64,000 nt of DNA, from NCBI GenBank assembly GCA_047631715.1, contig JBLICC010000001.1, positions 20,012 through 84,011 of the forward strand, in the 5' to 3' direction. Both the position numbers and the translations under genes were made by a program. This DNA is from Alteromonas naphthalenivorans. Its GTDB lineage: Bacteria; Babelota; Babeliae; Babelales; CAIQNR01. Numbering within the stretch: position 1 is the first letter of the stretch; each line of letters begins with the position of its first letter. The notes under the pieces are model-generated. The model ran no database searches and was not told where the DNA came from. It saw only the letters and a list, made by a program, of their open reading frames with translations. Of this stretch, positions 46,305 to 54,131 are shown in pieces.

Positions 46305-47924
46305 CTATGTGATCTTAATATCGATATTAATATAGGGTAAAAGTTGATCGGTAAATGATCCGCTCATAGAATTATAGGTTGCAGGGCCTATTTTACTAAC
46401 TCCGGTTAGGGCATAATTGTTCATTGTTGTGCCGATTCCATTATTGAAGGTAAAGCAGTTAGTAACAAATGTTCTTGGAGTTGCTGCAACATCTCTAATG
46501 CCGGCTCCTTGGCTAGCTGTATTTGATTTATTATTGGTTACTCTGCAATTGTCGATAGTACAAAAGAATGATGGACTTACTAGAGTATTTCGTAAATTAA
46601 TTCCTACTCCCCATTGTAAAGCAGCATCAGATCCATTATTAGATGATTCGCATCCTTGCACAAGAGAGAAGTATTCAGCATCAAGCTCAATTCCAACTGC
46701 CATGGTAGCAGCAGGTGCTTGAGATGAAACTGATTGTCCTTTTGTTACGCAATCTCTCCAGAGATTTCCTGTACCCGTAATGGAATAACATCCACGTGCA
46801 CCGTGTAAGTTACTTAATCCAGAGTTGCCACCACGATTATTGAGTGCTGTGCATTCGAATGTTTCGCAATACTGAGCGTTCGAGTAAAAGAATCCATGTG
46901 CAGTTTGTGTAGCTTCGTTGCCGCTTGCAGTACAGTTGTTCCAGGTACAAGCGCGTACAGTACTTCCAGAGAATGCATAACAAACACCTTTGGTAGAATC
47001 ATATGCTGTATTTGCAATAATTGCGTTATTACCGTTAGCAGTACAATTTATAAATTGGCAACCAGTAGAAACTTCGCTTGCTGTTGTTCCACTTAATTTA
47101 AATCCATACGCATTATTACCATAATTACCACTTGCATCGCAGTTGTTAAATATAATGTTGGTACCACTTACTACGAGTGCACCGTAAGAATCTTTTGGTA
47201 CGGCAAGGCTTCCTGCGTTTGCGTATCCAAAAGAAGAATCTTTTACCACAATGTTGTAGCAGTTGAATAACTTAAGACCGTAAGCATCTTCGGCACTGGT
47301 GATACCGGTTGTTTCTGCTACGGTTATATTGTCTATGGTGCAGTTGCTAATTTGATTTGAATCGGTGATTGCTGTGTTAGGAGTTCCGGCAAAGACGATT
47401 CCGTTTTTTAGACAATTACCAATGGTCATATCTTGAATACGCACGTTGTTGCATTGTCTTCTTACAAAAATTCCCGCATCTACAAAACCAGAAATGTTTC
47501 CGTTCTTAATAGAAACGTTATGCCTATTTCTTTGAATATCGATTGCTTTTTGAGTTGAGGTATTGGTGTGACCGGTAGTGTCGTTACTATAAAGAGTAAA
47601 GCCGCCAAGATCGAGAACAACATTGTTTGATTTAATGTAAATGGCGCATGATTGGCCGTCGTTGGCTACATTGTTTTGTCCGTCAAATCCAATATCTTGT
47701 ACCAGAGTGTAGGTTCCAGGGTTTTCTATGGTAAAGGTTTCTACCAGAGTGGTATCGCCAGCTTTTCTAAAATCTGCTTTGGATACACCGCGCATATAAT
47801 GGAAGCTGGGAATAGATTGACGGGAGTTTGTATCTACACTTTTATATGTTTCTTGAATAATATTAGCGTGTATTGTGGTGAGGGTAAAAAACGTGATGGT
47901 GAAAAGTTTTAAAAGAGCTTTCAT
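46305..47924 (-). CDS. Secreted right-handed parallel beta-helix repeat protein, type B (539 aa); first gene of the block
   Basis: Signal peptide MKALLKLFTITFFTLTTIHA. FTIENPGTYTLVQDIGFD...AIYIKSNNVVLDLGGFTLYS. FNNCDASGN, FINCTANGN, WNNCTASGN. C-terminus INIDIKIT. SD AAGGAAGG. Confidence 0.7.
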   Translation of the reverse strand: MKALLKLFTITFFTLTTIHANIIQETYKSVDTNSRQSIPSFHYMRGVSKADFRKAGDTTLVETFTIENPGTYTLVQDIGFDGQNNVANDGQSCAIYIKSNNVVLDLGGFTLYSNDTTGHTNTSTQKAIDIQRNRHNVSIKNGNISGFVDAGIFVRRQCNNVRIQDMTIGNCLKNGIVFAGTPNTAITDSNQISNCTIDNITVAETTGITSAEDAYGLKLFNCYNIVVKDSSFGYANAGSLAVPKDSYGALVVSGTNIIFNNCDASGNYGNNAYGFKLSGTTASEVSTGCQFINCTANGNNAIIANTAYDSTKGVCYAFSGSTVRACTWNNCTASGNEATQTAHGFFYSNAQYCETFECTALNNRGGNSGLSNLHGARGCYSITGTGNLWRDCVTKGQSVSSQAPAATMAVGIELDAEYFSLVQGCESSNNGSDAALQWGVGINLRNTLVSPSFFCTIDNCRVTNNKSNTASQGAGIRDVAATPRTFVTNCFTFNNGIGTTMNNYALTGVSKIGPATYNSMSGSFTDQLLPYINIDIKIT

Positions 47925-47975
47925 TACCTACCTTCCTTTTTTATTGTGGTATGGATAGAAAAACTAGATTTTTTT

Positions 47976-48004
47976 AACTTAGAAATCTCTTATATATTTG
48001 TCAA
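47976..48004 (-). promoter_or_regulatory. Putative sigma70-like promoter ahead of the beta-helix block
   Basis: On the minus strand: TTGACA (48004-47999), 17-nt spacer, TAAGTT (47981-47976). It lies in the 108-nt gap after yebC. The -10 element is weak. Confidence 0.3.
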
Positions 48005-48032
48005 CATATAAGAAAATAAAGAAATTTAAAAG

Positions 48033-48749
48033 CTACTCTATATTGGAATAGACATTTTGGGTATCTTCAAGCGATTCAAGATCACTCAAAAATTCATAGG
48101 CTTTTTCGGCATCAGCTTCAGAAAGATCTGCTCGATCTTTTGCTACCCATTCGATTTCTGCGCTTTCGATAGTAAGACCAGCTTGTACAATGCCTTGTTT
48201 AACTTGTTCCAGTGCTTTCATGTCGCAGGTAACAATAAACAGATCATCATCTTTTTGAATATCATCTACATCAAAATCGATTAATTTTTCTAAAAGTTCA
48301 TCTTCGGATAAAGATGCACCAGTTGCTTTAATCAGACCTTTTTGAGAAAACATCCAACTTACAGATCCATTTTCTGCAAGATTACCGCCTTTTTTTGTGA
48401 ATGTGCTACGGACTGCAGCAACTGCTCTATTTTTGTTATCGGTTAGAACTTCGAGCATAATTGCGATTCCAGCAGGTCCATAACCTTCGTACATCATCTG
48501 TTCGTAAGAAGTACCAGGCAGTTCGCCGGTTCCTTTTAGAATGGCACGCTTAATATTTTCTTGAGGCATGTTGATCTGTTTTGCTTTATCTACTAAAGTT
48601 CGCAATCGAGGATTGCCAGAAACATCTCCGCCACCGTCGCGTGCAACAACAGTAATTTCTTTAACAAGTTTAGTAAAAGATTTTCCGCGCGATGCATCTT
48701 CTTTTGCTTTTTTATGCTTAATGTTTGCCCATTTTGAATGGCCTGCCAT
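48033..48749 (-). CDS. yebC: YebC/PmpR family DNA-binding transcriptional regulator
   Basis: MAGHSKWANIKHKKAKEDASRGKSFTKL...YEGYGPAGIAIMLEVLTDNKNR is the canonical YebC family sequence. SD AAGGAG. Confidence 0.9.
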   Translation of the reverse strand: MAGHSKWANIKHKKAKEDASRGKSFTKLVKEITVVARDGGGDVSGNPRLRTLVDKAKQINMPQENIKRAILKGTGELPGTSYEQMMYEGYGPAGIAIMLEVLTDNKNRAVAAVRSTFTKKGGNLAENGSVSWMFSQKGLIKATGASLSEDELLEKLIDFDVDDIQKDDDLFIVTCDMKALEQVKQGIVQAGLTIESAEIEWVAKDRADLSEADAEKAYEFLSDLESLEDTQNVYSNIE

Positions 48750-48772
48750 GATTAAAGACTCCTTACGTTAAG

Positions 48773-49792
48773 TTAGACAATTGCCTCTTGTCCAAAGTAT
48801 TTTTTCTGTAAAAAGGGTAGCTTTTTGTAGGCGATTTGTCGACCTCGGGGAGTTTTCTCTAAATAACCCTGACGTAAAAGATAAGGTTCATAAACGGTTT
48901 CCAGAGTATCTTTATCTTCACCAACAATAGATGCTAATGTTTCTAATCCAACTGGTCCACCGCTAAAATGTTCCATCATCTTTCGTAGAATCATATTATC
49001 TACCGTGCTTAAGCCATCGTCGTCGATACCTAAAAAGGCAAGAGCTTTGCGAGCAAGATTATCATCAGCAATAGGCACTTTTTTTACTTGAGCAAAATCT
49101 CGCACACGTCTAAGCATTTTTTTTGCAATTCTGGGTGTGCCACGAGAAGACTTTGCAATACGTAATGCTGCTTCTGGACTAAGATTAATTTTTAAGAACT
49201 TTGAACTTTGTAAAATAATTTTTTGAAGATCTTCGAATGTGTAATAATCAATGCGTTCGCTAATACCAAATCGACTCCGTAGTGGAGCGGATATTTTTCC
49301 ACTTTGAGTAGTTGCGCCAATCAGAGTAAAGGGATGTAATGGCAGGTTGATAGATTTTGCTCCAGCACCTTGGCCAATAATAACATCGATCCTAAAATGT
49401 TCCATGGCGCTATACAAAACTTCTTCTACTGTAGTGGGCATGCGGTGAATTTCGTCAATAAACAAAATGTCACGTGGATCTAGGCTAGAAAGAATGGCTA
49501 CAAGATCTCCCGTGCGTTCCATCATGGGACCAGAGCAAATCTTTATTCCTACGTCCATCACCTGTGCCATAATTTGAGAAAGGGTGGTTTTACCAAGCCC
49601 TGGTGGTCCAAACAAAAGCATGTGGTCAAGAGACTCTTCTCGCATCTTGGCTGCTTGTGTGTAAACCTTAAGTTTTTCTTTAAGTTTTTCTTGCCCAAGG
49701 TATTCATCAAAGCTTTTGGGCATAAAATCATACTGTTGTTCTTCAGGTGTTTCTTGCAGCGTAATAACGTCTATAATTTCTTTTTCTTCCAT
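48773..49792 (-). CDS. ruvB: Holliday junction branch migration helicase RuvB
   Basis: LLFGPPGLGKTTL (Walker A), ILFIDEIHR (Walker B), the PLRSRFGI sensor region and the C-terminal winged-helix part. Confidence 0.93.
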   Translation of the reverse strand: MEEKEIIDVITLQETPEEQQYDFMPKSFDEYLGQEKLKEKLKVYTQAAKMREESLDHMLLFGPPGLGKTTLSQIMAQVMDVGIKICSGPMMERTGDLVAILSSLDPRDILFIDEIHRMPTTVEEVLYSAMEHFRIDVIIGQGAGAKSINLPLHPFTLIGATTQSGKISAPLRSRFGISERIDYYTFEDLQKIILQSSKFLKINLSPEAALRIAKSSRGTPRIAKKMLRRVRDFAQVKKVPIADDNLARKALAFLGIDDDGLSTVDNMILRKMMEHFSGGPVGLETLASIVGEDKDTLETVYEPYLLRQGYLEKTPRGRQIAYKKLPFLQKKYFGQEAIV

Positions 49793-49977
49793 TGAAACTC
49801 TTTTAGTAGAGAGGTTTTTCTTAAGCTTATACCAAAAGCTTTAATCTATACATTTTAATCTTAAAACGTTATATATTTAAGCCTAATGGTGGTATTGGTT
49901 TAAGAAAGTGTTGATTTTGAGTATCTGGATATGTTATTGTGATATTTATATTGAAATTTTAAATAATGGAGAATGAA

Positions 49978-50331
49978 ATGAAAAAGTTTTTGTTTTTAAG
50001 TTTATTGATAGTTGCGGTAAGTGTGCAATCTGCTGATATACCAGAAATTCCGTCACCAAAAGATATACTTGGTTCTGAACGATATGAAGGAACCATAGAT
50101 TATGTTGTTCCAATGGGAAAAAAGATAGGTATGAACCATAGAAAACATATAGAAAGAGAGTATGTAAAAGGATGGAATGCTCAAATGAATAAAAAAAAGC
50201 TTTCGAACTCATGGCGTGAGGATATGTCAAGTATTGCTTGGCAAGGATGGCTAGATGCGCAGGAACATAAATGGCATAGAAATTTTGAATTATTGAATGA
50301 ACTAAAAGAGAAAGTAGAAGAAGTAATTTAA
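49978..50331 (+). CDS. Small secreted protein, hypothetical
   Basis: GGAGAA SD, then MKKFLFLSLLIVAVSVQSA. A terminator follows. Confidence 0.45.
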   Translation: MKKFLFLSLLIVAVSVQSADIPEIPSPKDILGSERYEGTIDYVVPMGKKIGMNHRKHIEREYVKGWNAQMNKKKLSNSWREDMSSIAWQGWLDAQEHKWHRNFELLNELKEKVEEVI

Positions 50332-50351
50332 TATATTATTTGATATTTATG

Positions 50352-50391
50352 AAAAAGAGCCAGTTGAGAATATCAACAGGCTCTTTTTTTT
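50352..50391. terminator. Bidirectional intrinsic terminator between convergent genes
   Basis: AGAGCC-A-GTTGA (50356-50367) pairs with TCAAC-A-GGCTCT (50373-50384). An A-run lies upstream and a T-run (50385-50391) downstream. Confidence 0.6.
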
Positions 50392-50394
50392 AAG

Positions 50395-51273
50395 TTACAT
50401 AGAAAGTTGGTCAACGTTGGTTTTAAATGCACCTACAAAAGAGAAATCTTCTTTTTGCTTGGTAAATAAACCTTTGTTTCTCATGGCAGAACAAAGACGA
50501 TAAATGCCTATTCCTGCGCCATAACGAGGAAAGAAGTCTAACGATAAATATTCAGCAAGTTCTGCAAGCACGCGTTCTTTATCTGTTTTTTCAAACAGAG
50601 TCTTTGCATACTCGCCGTTTTCTACAGAATAGAAAAACTTTTCCATCTCAGTTTTATCGCAAGAACGTTCAGCAGACCCCATGGTTTCCATGCCATTAAG
50701 AATAACGTCTACTTTTCTAAAGATGTCATTGCCCGCATACTTCATGTTCCAGTAGGGGTTGGTTCGAGTAGGGAAGTTTTGAAGCAGTATTGCTTCTGCT
50801 TCTTCTTTGCACATGCGCGTTTCGTGTTTATCTTCTAGCTCGGTAACATTATATTTTTTTGCCAAATCTTCGTAGTTTATAGTTTTTGGTTTATCAAAGC
50901 CCATATGTTCAAGAATCTCGGTTTCTATGGTTTTTAGATCTTCCATGTCGCCTTTAGACTCAAATTCAAACAAATACGGCGTTAATAAATGACGGCCTGG
51001 TATTGGGTTGGCTTCGTTTCGATAACTGGTAGTCAAGCAAAAAACCCCTTGGTATTCGGGGTTTTTTAAAAGTTCGAGTTCCAAATGCATTTGGCCAGTC
51101 TGAGGAAGAGGCCATTCTTTTCCGCCCATTTTCATTTGAGAAATGGTACGGGGGTCTTCACAGGCGGCTAAAATAGAAAGACGCCCTTGGGCTGGCACTT
51201 CTATAAAACCTTTAGACAAAAAAAAACTACGAAGTTTATTCGTAGTTATGTGGAATTCGCGCGTATCTTGCAT
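50395..51273 (-). CDS. Class II aminoacyl-tRNA-synthetase catalytic-core-only protein (AsnA-like / AsnRS-related amino acid ligase)
   Basis: 292 aa with no anticodon-binding domain. Class IIb-like motif 2 (TTSYRNEANPIPGRHLLTPYLFEFE) and motif 3 (PRYGAGIGIYRL). The overall order resembles AsnRS-derived asparagine synthetase A. Confidence 0.5.
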   Translation of the reverse strand: MQDTREFHITTNKLRSFFLSKGFIEVPAQGRLSILAACEDPRTISQMKMGGKEWPLPQTGQMHLELELLKNPEYQGVFCLTTSYRNEANPIPGRHLLTPYLFEFESKGDMEDLKTIETEILEHMGFDKPKTINYEDLAKKYNVTELEDKHETRMCKEEAEAILLQNFPTRTNPYWNMKYAGNDIFRKVDVILNGMETMGSAERSCDKTEMEKFFYSVENGEYAKTLFEKTDKERVLAELAEYLSLDFFPRYGAGIGIYRLCSAMRNKGLFTKQKEDFSFVGAFKTNVDQLSM

Positions 51274-51385
51274 GACGATCCTTAATTAAAGGGGACAAAA
51301 CAGTACATCACTTTTTAACGCTATCAGAAGAAAGAGTACCTGGCTAGCTCAGAATAAAGTTACTCCAGATACTCTTTTTATAAAT

Positions 51386-52396
51386 CTATGCTGATGCGGG
51401 TTTCACATACTCTTTCACAAGATTATGATTATGTATTAATCCTGTGGCGCTTAATGCAACGGTTGCACCAGCATCAAGAAATAAATCAAAATGTTTTGGG
51501 CACATAATGCCACCAACGCCTGCAATTTCGAAATCTAGTTGTTCTTCTGTGCGTATTTCTACCAGTGTTTTAACTTGTTCTAAAGCAAGTTCGCGAATTA
51601 TATCTCCCGATACACCAGCCATTGGACGATTGGGGAAAAAGTTTTTCCCTGTAGTTTGGTTAAGAATTTCTGTTGCAATAGAGTTCATACTAGTAATACC
51701 ACGTACTCCAGCTTGTACTACAGCTGTAATAACGTTACGAAGAATTTGTTTATCAGAGATAAAACCAATTTTTACAAGAACAGGAAATTCTTCTGCTCCT
51801 TTTATTGTTGCTTTACAGATATCAGCAAGCTCTTCTAGATCTTCGTACAATGGTTTTTCGTGAATATTAGGACACGCAATGTTAATTTCTATAGCTTGTG
51901 CGCCAGCTTGTTTTACTAGTTGTGCCAAGTGATGAGCATCTTGCGCACGAGAAATACCGGGATATGCTTGCGGGTAGATAGAAACAATAAGTATTTGATT
52001 GTCGTCTAAAGATTCGCGTGCATTTTTAATGTCTTGAATAACTTCTGAGGATGTATCGCTTTCTATGCCATAAGAGTTTGCAATGCTGATTGGTTGCATC
52101 AAGTTATAATCGGTTGATGCAGCAAGACCAGTTGCAAGTGATGATCGAGTAAGTTGATTTGTATCTTCTAGGTATCCCATGTTTGGTTCTGGATGACGCA
52201 TAGTAGGATGAGATCGAACCGACTTATAGGTTAAAATGCTACATTCTTTCTGTGCAAGTTCATCGATAGTTTTTGATTTTCCTAAGATGCACGCAGAAAG
52301 ACCTACAGGATGTTTTATCTGATAGCCTAAGAATGTTGTAGCGTTAATGTTGATGGCTGTTAATAAGAGTAGTGAAAGTGAGAGTGATTTTTTCAT
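51386..52396 (-). CDS. Dihydroorotate dehydrogenase family flavoprotein with a hydrophobic N-terminus
   Basis: IEINIACPN, PVLVKIGF, GITSMNSI, GVSGDIIRELALEQV and IAGVGGI follow the DHOD/DHPD TIM-barrel FMN pattern. The N-terminus MKKSLSLSLLLLTAININA is signal- or anchor-like. Confidence 0.6.
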   Translation of the reverse strand: MKKSLSLSLLLLTAININATTFLGYQIKHPVGLSACILGKSKTIDELAQKECSILTYKSVRSHPTMRHPEPNMGYLEDTNQLTRSSLATGLAASTDYNLMQPISIANSYGIESDTSSEVIQDIKNARESLDDNQILIVSIYPQAYPGISRAQDAHHLAQLVKQAGAQAIEINIACPNIHEKPLYEDLEELADICKATIKGAEEFPVLVKIGFISDKQILRNVITAVVQAGVRGITSMNSIATEILNQTTGKNFFPNRPMAGVSGDIIRELALEQVKTLVEIRTEEQLDFEIAGVGGIMCPKHFDLFLDAGATVALSATGLIHNHNLVKEYVKPASA

Positions 52397-52417
52397 TACG
52401 GACCTTTTTGTTAGATA

Positions 52418-53512
52418 TTAAAACTTTCTCATGGTAATCCCTTGAATCCATCCCAAGCTTGCAAGTGTAATCCACAAAGAGGTTACACCGTAACTAAGCA
52501 GCGGTAACGGAATACCAACAATGGGTAACAATCCAGAGATCATTGCAATATTAATAAAAGCAGAAAGCATGATAGATATCAATAGACCTGCGGCAAGAAG
52601 TTGAGCAAAAAAAGTTTTAACTGTCTGGAGTTGAAAAATAATACGAAAGAAAAGTGTGCTGTAGAGTAGCAGAATAAAGAGTGCTCCTATAAAACCCCAC
52701 TCTTCGCAAATAACAGAAAAAATAAAATCGGTTCTACTTTCGGGTAAAAATAAAAGAGTATTTTGTGTGCCTTTGGTAAACCCTTTGCCCCACATACCTC
52801 CTGAGCCAATAGCAATTTTTGATTGTTCAATTTGGTACCGCTCTTTATGGCTTTCTCCTGCACCTAGAAATACAGCAATACGTTTTTTTTGATACGGTTT
52901 AAGTACTTGCCAACCTAAAGGTGCACAAAGTAAAGCGCAGAGTAAACCCCATTTAAAAAATTTTGGACTAATACCAGCTAGCCAAAGCATTACGAGTCCT
53001 GTTGTAAAAAAAATAATAGCAGTTCCCAGATCTGGTTGTTTTAAAATAAGTATGCTACTGAATGTTAAAATTCCTAGAATGGGATAAAAACTATCTAGGC
53101 GATAGACAGGAACATCGTTTTCTGTGTAGAGATAGTAAGTTAAAAATGCAGGGAAGAATAATTTTGCAACTTCAGAAGGTTGGAATCGTATAATTTTTAA
53201 ATCGATCCATCGCTGTGCGCCCATACCTATTCTGCCTTTTATGAGGGTAAACACAAGCAGTCCCATTACAAGAAAATAAATAAAATAACCTGATCGGCAC
53301 AGTGCTCTAAAATCAACAAAACAGAAAGAAAAATAGAGTGCAAGGCCAGACAAAAAGCCAAAGAGTTGTTTTTTATAAAAGACCGAGTAGGCAACATGCT
53401 CATTAGTTGTTGAACTATAAACAAAGGCAAGGCCGATAATAGAAAGCGTTATGGTCAGTGCAAAGCTGATCCAATCAAAATGATAAAAATAGCGACGATC
53501 TATATTAAGCAT
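52418..53512 (-). CDS. SEDS family peptidoglycan glycosyltransferase (RodA/FtsW)
   Basis: 364 aa, about 10 TM segments. IRFQPSEVAKL, KQPDLGTAIIF, PESRTDFIFSVICEEWGFIG are FtsW/RodA/SpoVE blocks. Confidence 0.85.
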   Translation of the reverse strand: MLNIDRRYFYHFDWISFALTITLSIIGLAFVYSSTTNEHVAYSVFYKKQLFGFLSGLALYFSFCFVDFRALCRSGYFIYFLVMGLLVFTLIKGRIGMGAQRWIDLKIIRFQPSEVAKLFFPAFLTYYLYTENDVPVYRLDSFYPILGILTFSSILILKQPDLGTAIIFFTTGLVMLWLAGISPKFFKWGLLCALLCAPLGWQVLKPYQKKRIAVFLGAGESHKERYQIEQSKIAIGSGGMWGKGFTKGTQNTLLFLPESRTDFIFSVICEEWGFIGALFILLLYSTLFFRIIFQLQTVKTFFAQLLAAGLLISIMLSAFINIAMISGLLPIVGIPLPLLSYGVTSLWITLASLGWIQGITMRKF

Positions 53513-53590
53513 TTATATACCTATTATGTAAATTTTTTATAGTGCAATAATAGCATAATTAAAAATTATATATCAGAAACCTCTTTACTA

Positions 53591-54076
53591 TTATGAGAGC
53601 ACTATTTTACTAAGTTTACTCATAAGGGGAGTACTGAGTGTTTGTTTTTGGTTAGGGTCTTGTTGCTCTTTATTTTCTGTAGATAGTTTTTTCCAATCGT
53701 CTCTAGTGTCTGGATGTAAACTTACAAAAGTATCAAGATGATATAAAAAATGTTGAATTTCTCTATCATGGGATTTGTGTTCTCGTATGGTGTTTGCTGC
53801 ATGTAGGGCAAAAATAGCTTCAGGCTTTGCATCACTTTTTTTAGTGCAGTAATTTAAAAATGTAAGATCGTCATTAGATTTTGTTTTGTCTCCTCGTGTA
53901 ACCGTTAATTTTTGTTCTAAAATTTTATAATTAAGTTTCCATACTGTTATATCAGGTGTGTAGACCGACAAGTCTAAGCGCCATGAATAGCCTCTCAGTG
54001 AGCTGGTTGCATGTTTTTTTGGTTGTGCTGTGTGTAGAAGAAATGGTGTGAGCAATAGTACGATAAGATACTTCAT
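53591..54076 (-). CDS. Secreted hypothetical protein
   Basis: ATG at 54076 after an AGGGGA SD (the ORF-track start is a TTG 6 nt upstream). Signal peptide MKYLIVLLLTPFLLHTA. Its 5' region resembles that of the next gene. Confidence 0.45.
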   Translation of the reverse strand: MKYLIVLLLTPFLLHTAQPKKHATSSLRGYSWRLDLSVYTPDITVWKLNYKILEQKLTVTRGDKTKSNDDLTFLNYCTKKSDAKPEAIFALHAANTIREHKSHDREIQHFLYHLDTFVSLHPDTRDDWKKLSTENKEQQDPNQKQTLSTPLMSKLSKIVLS

Positions 54077-54131
54077 TTTCAATCCCCTAATTTTGAAAAT
54101 TAATAAATAAGTTGTTGTTCCCTTTTTTTAT

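Noticed and set aside
25663-47924. Prophage, tailocin or tailspike cassette as the interpretation of the beta-helix and jelly-roll block.
   Set aside because: No integrase, terminase, portal, capsid, tail tube/sheath or lysis genes are present, and no att-like flanking repeats were seen. All products carry Sec signal peptides, which phage structural proteins normally lack. Viral ancestry of individual domains remains possible.
32955-47924. Classical autotransporters (T5SS) or Chlamydia Pmp-like proteins.
   Set aside because: The beta-helix repeats run essentially to the C-terminus. There is no separate ~250-300-aa C-terminal barrel domain, and the GGA(I/L/V)/FxxN Pmp motifs are not evident.
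25663-47924. CRISPR-like or tandem DNA repeat array suggested by the periodic sequence.
   Set aside because: The periodicity is at the protein-repeat level (~66-72 nt degenerate coils) within long ORFs. There are no identical direct repeats with unique spacers.
49946-50230. 94-aa minus-strand ORF opposite the small secreted gene at 49978..50331.
   Set aside because: The plus-strand ORF has an SD, a signal peptide and a downstream terminator. The minus-strand ORF has none of these.
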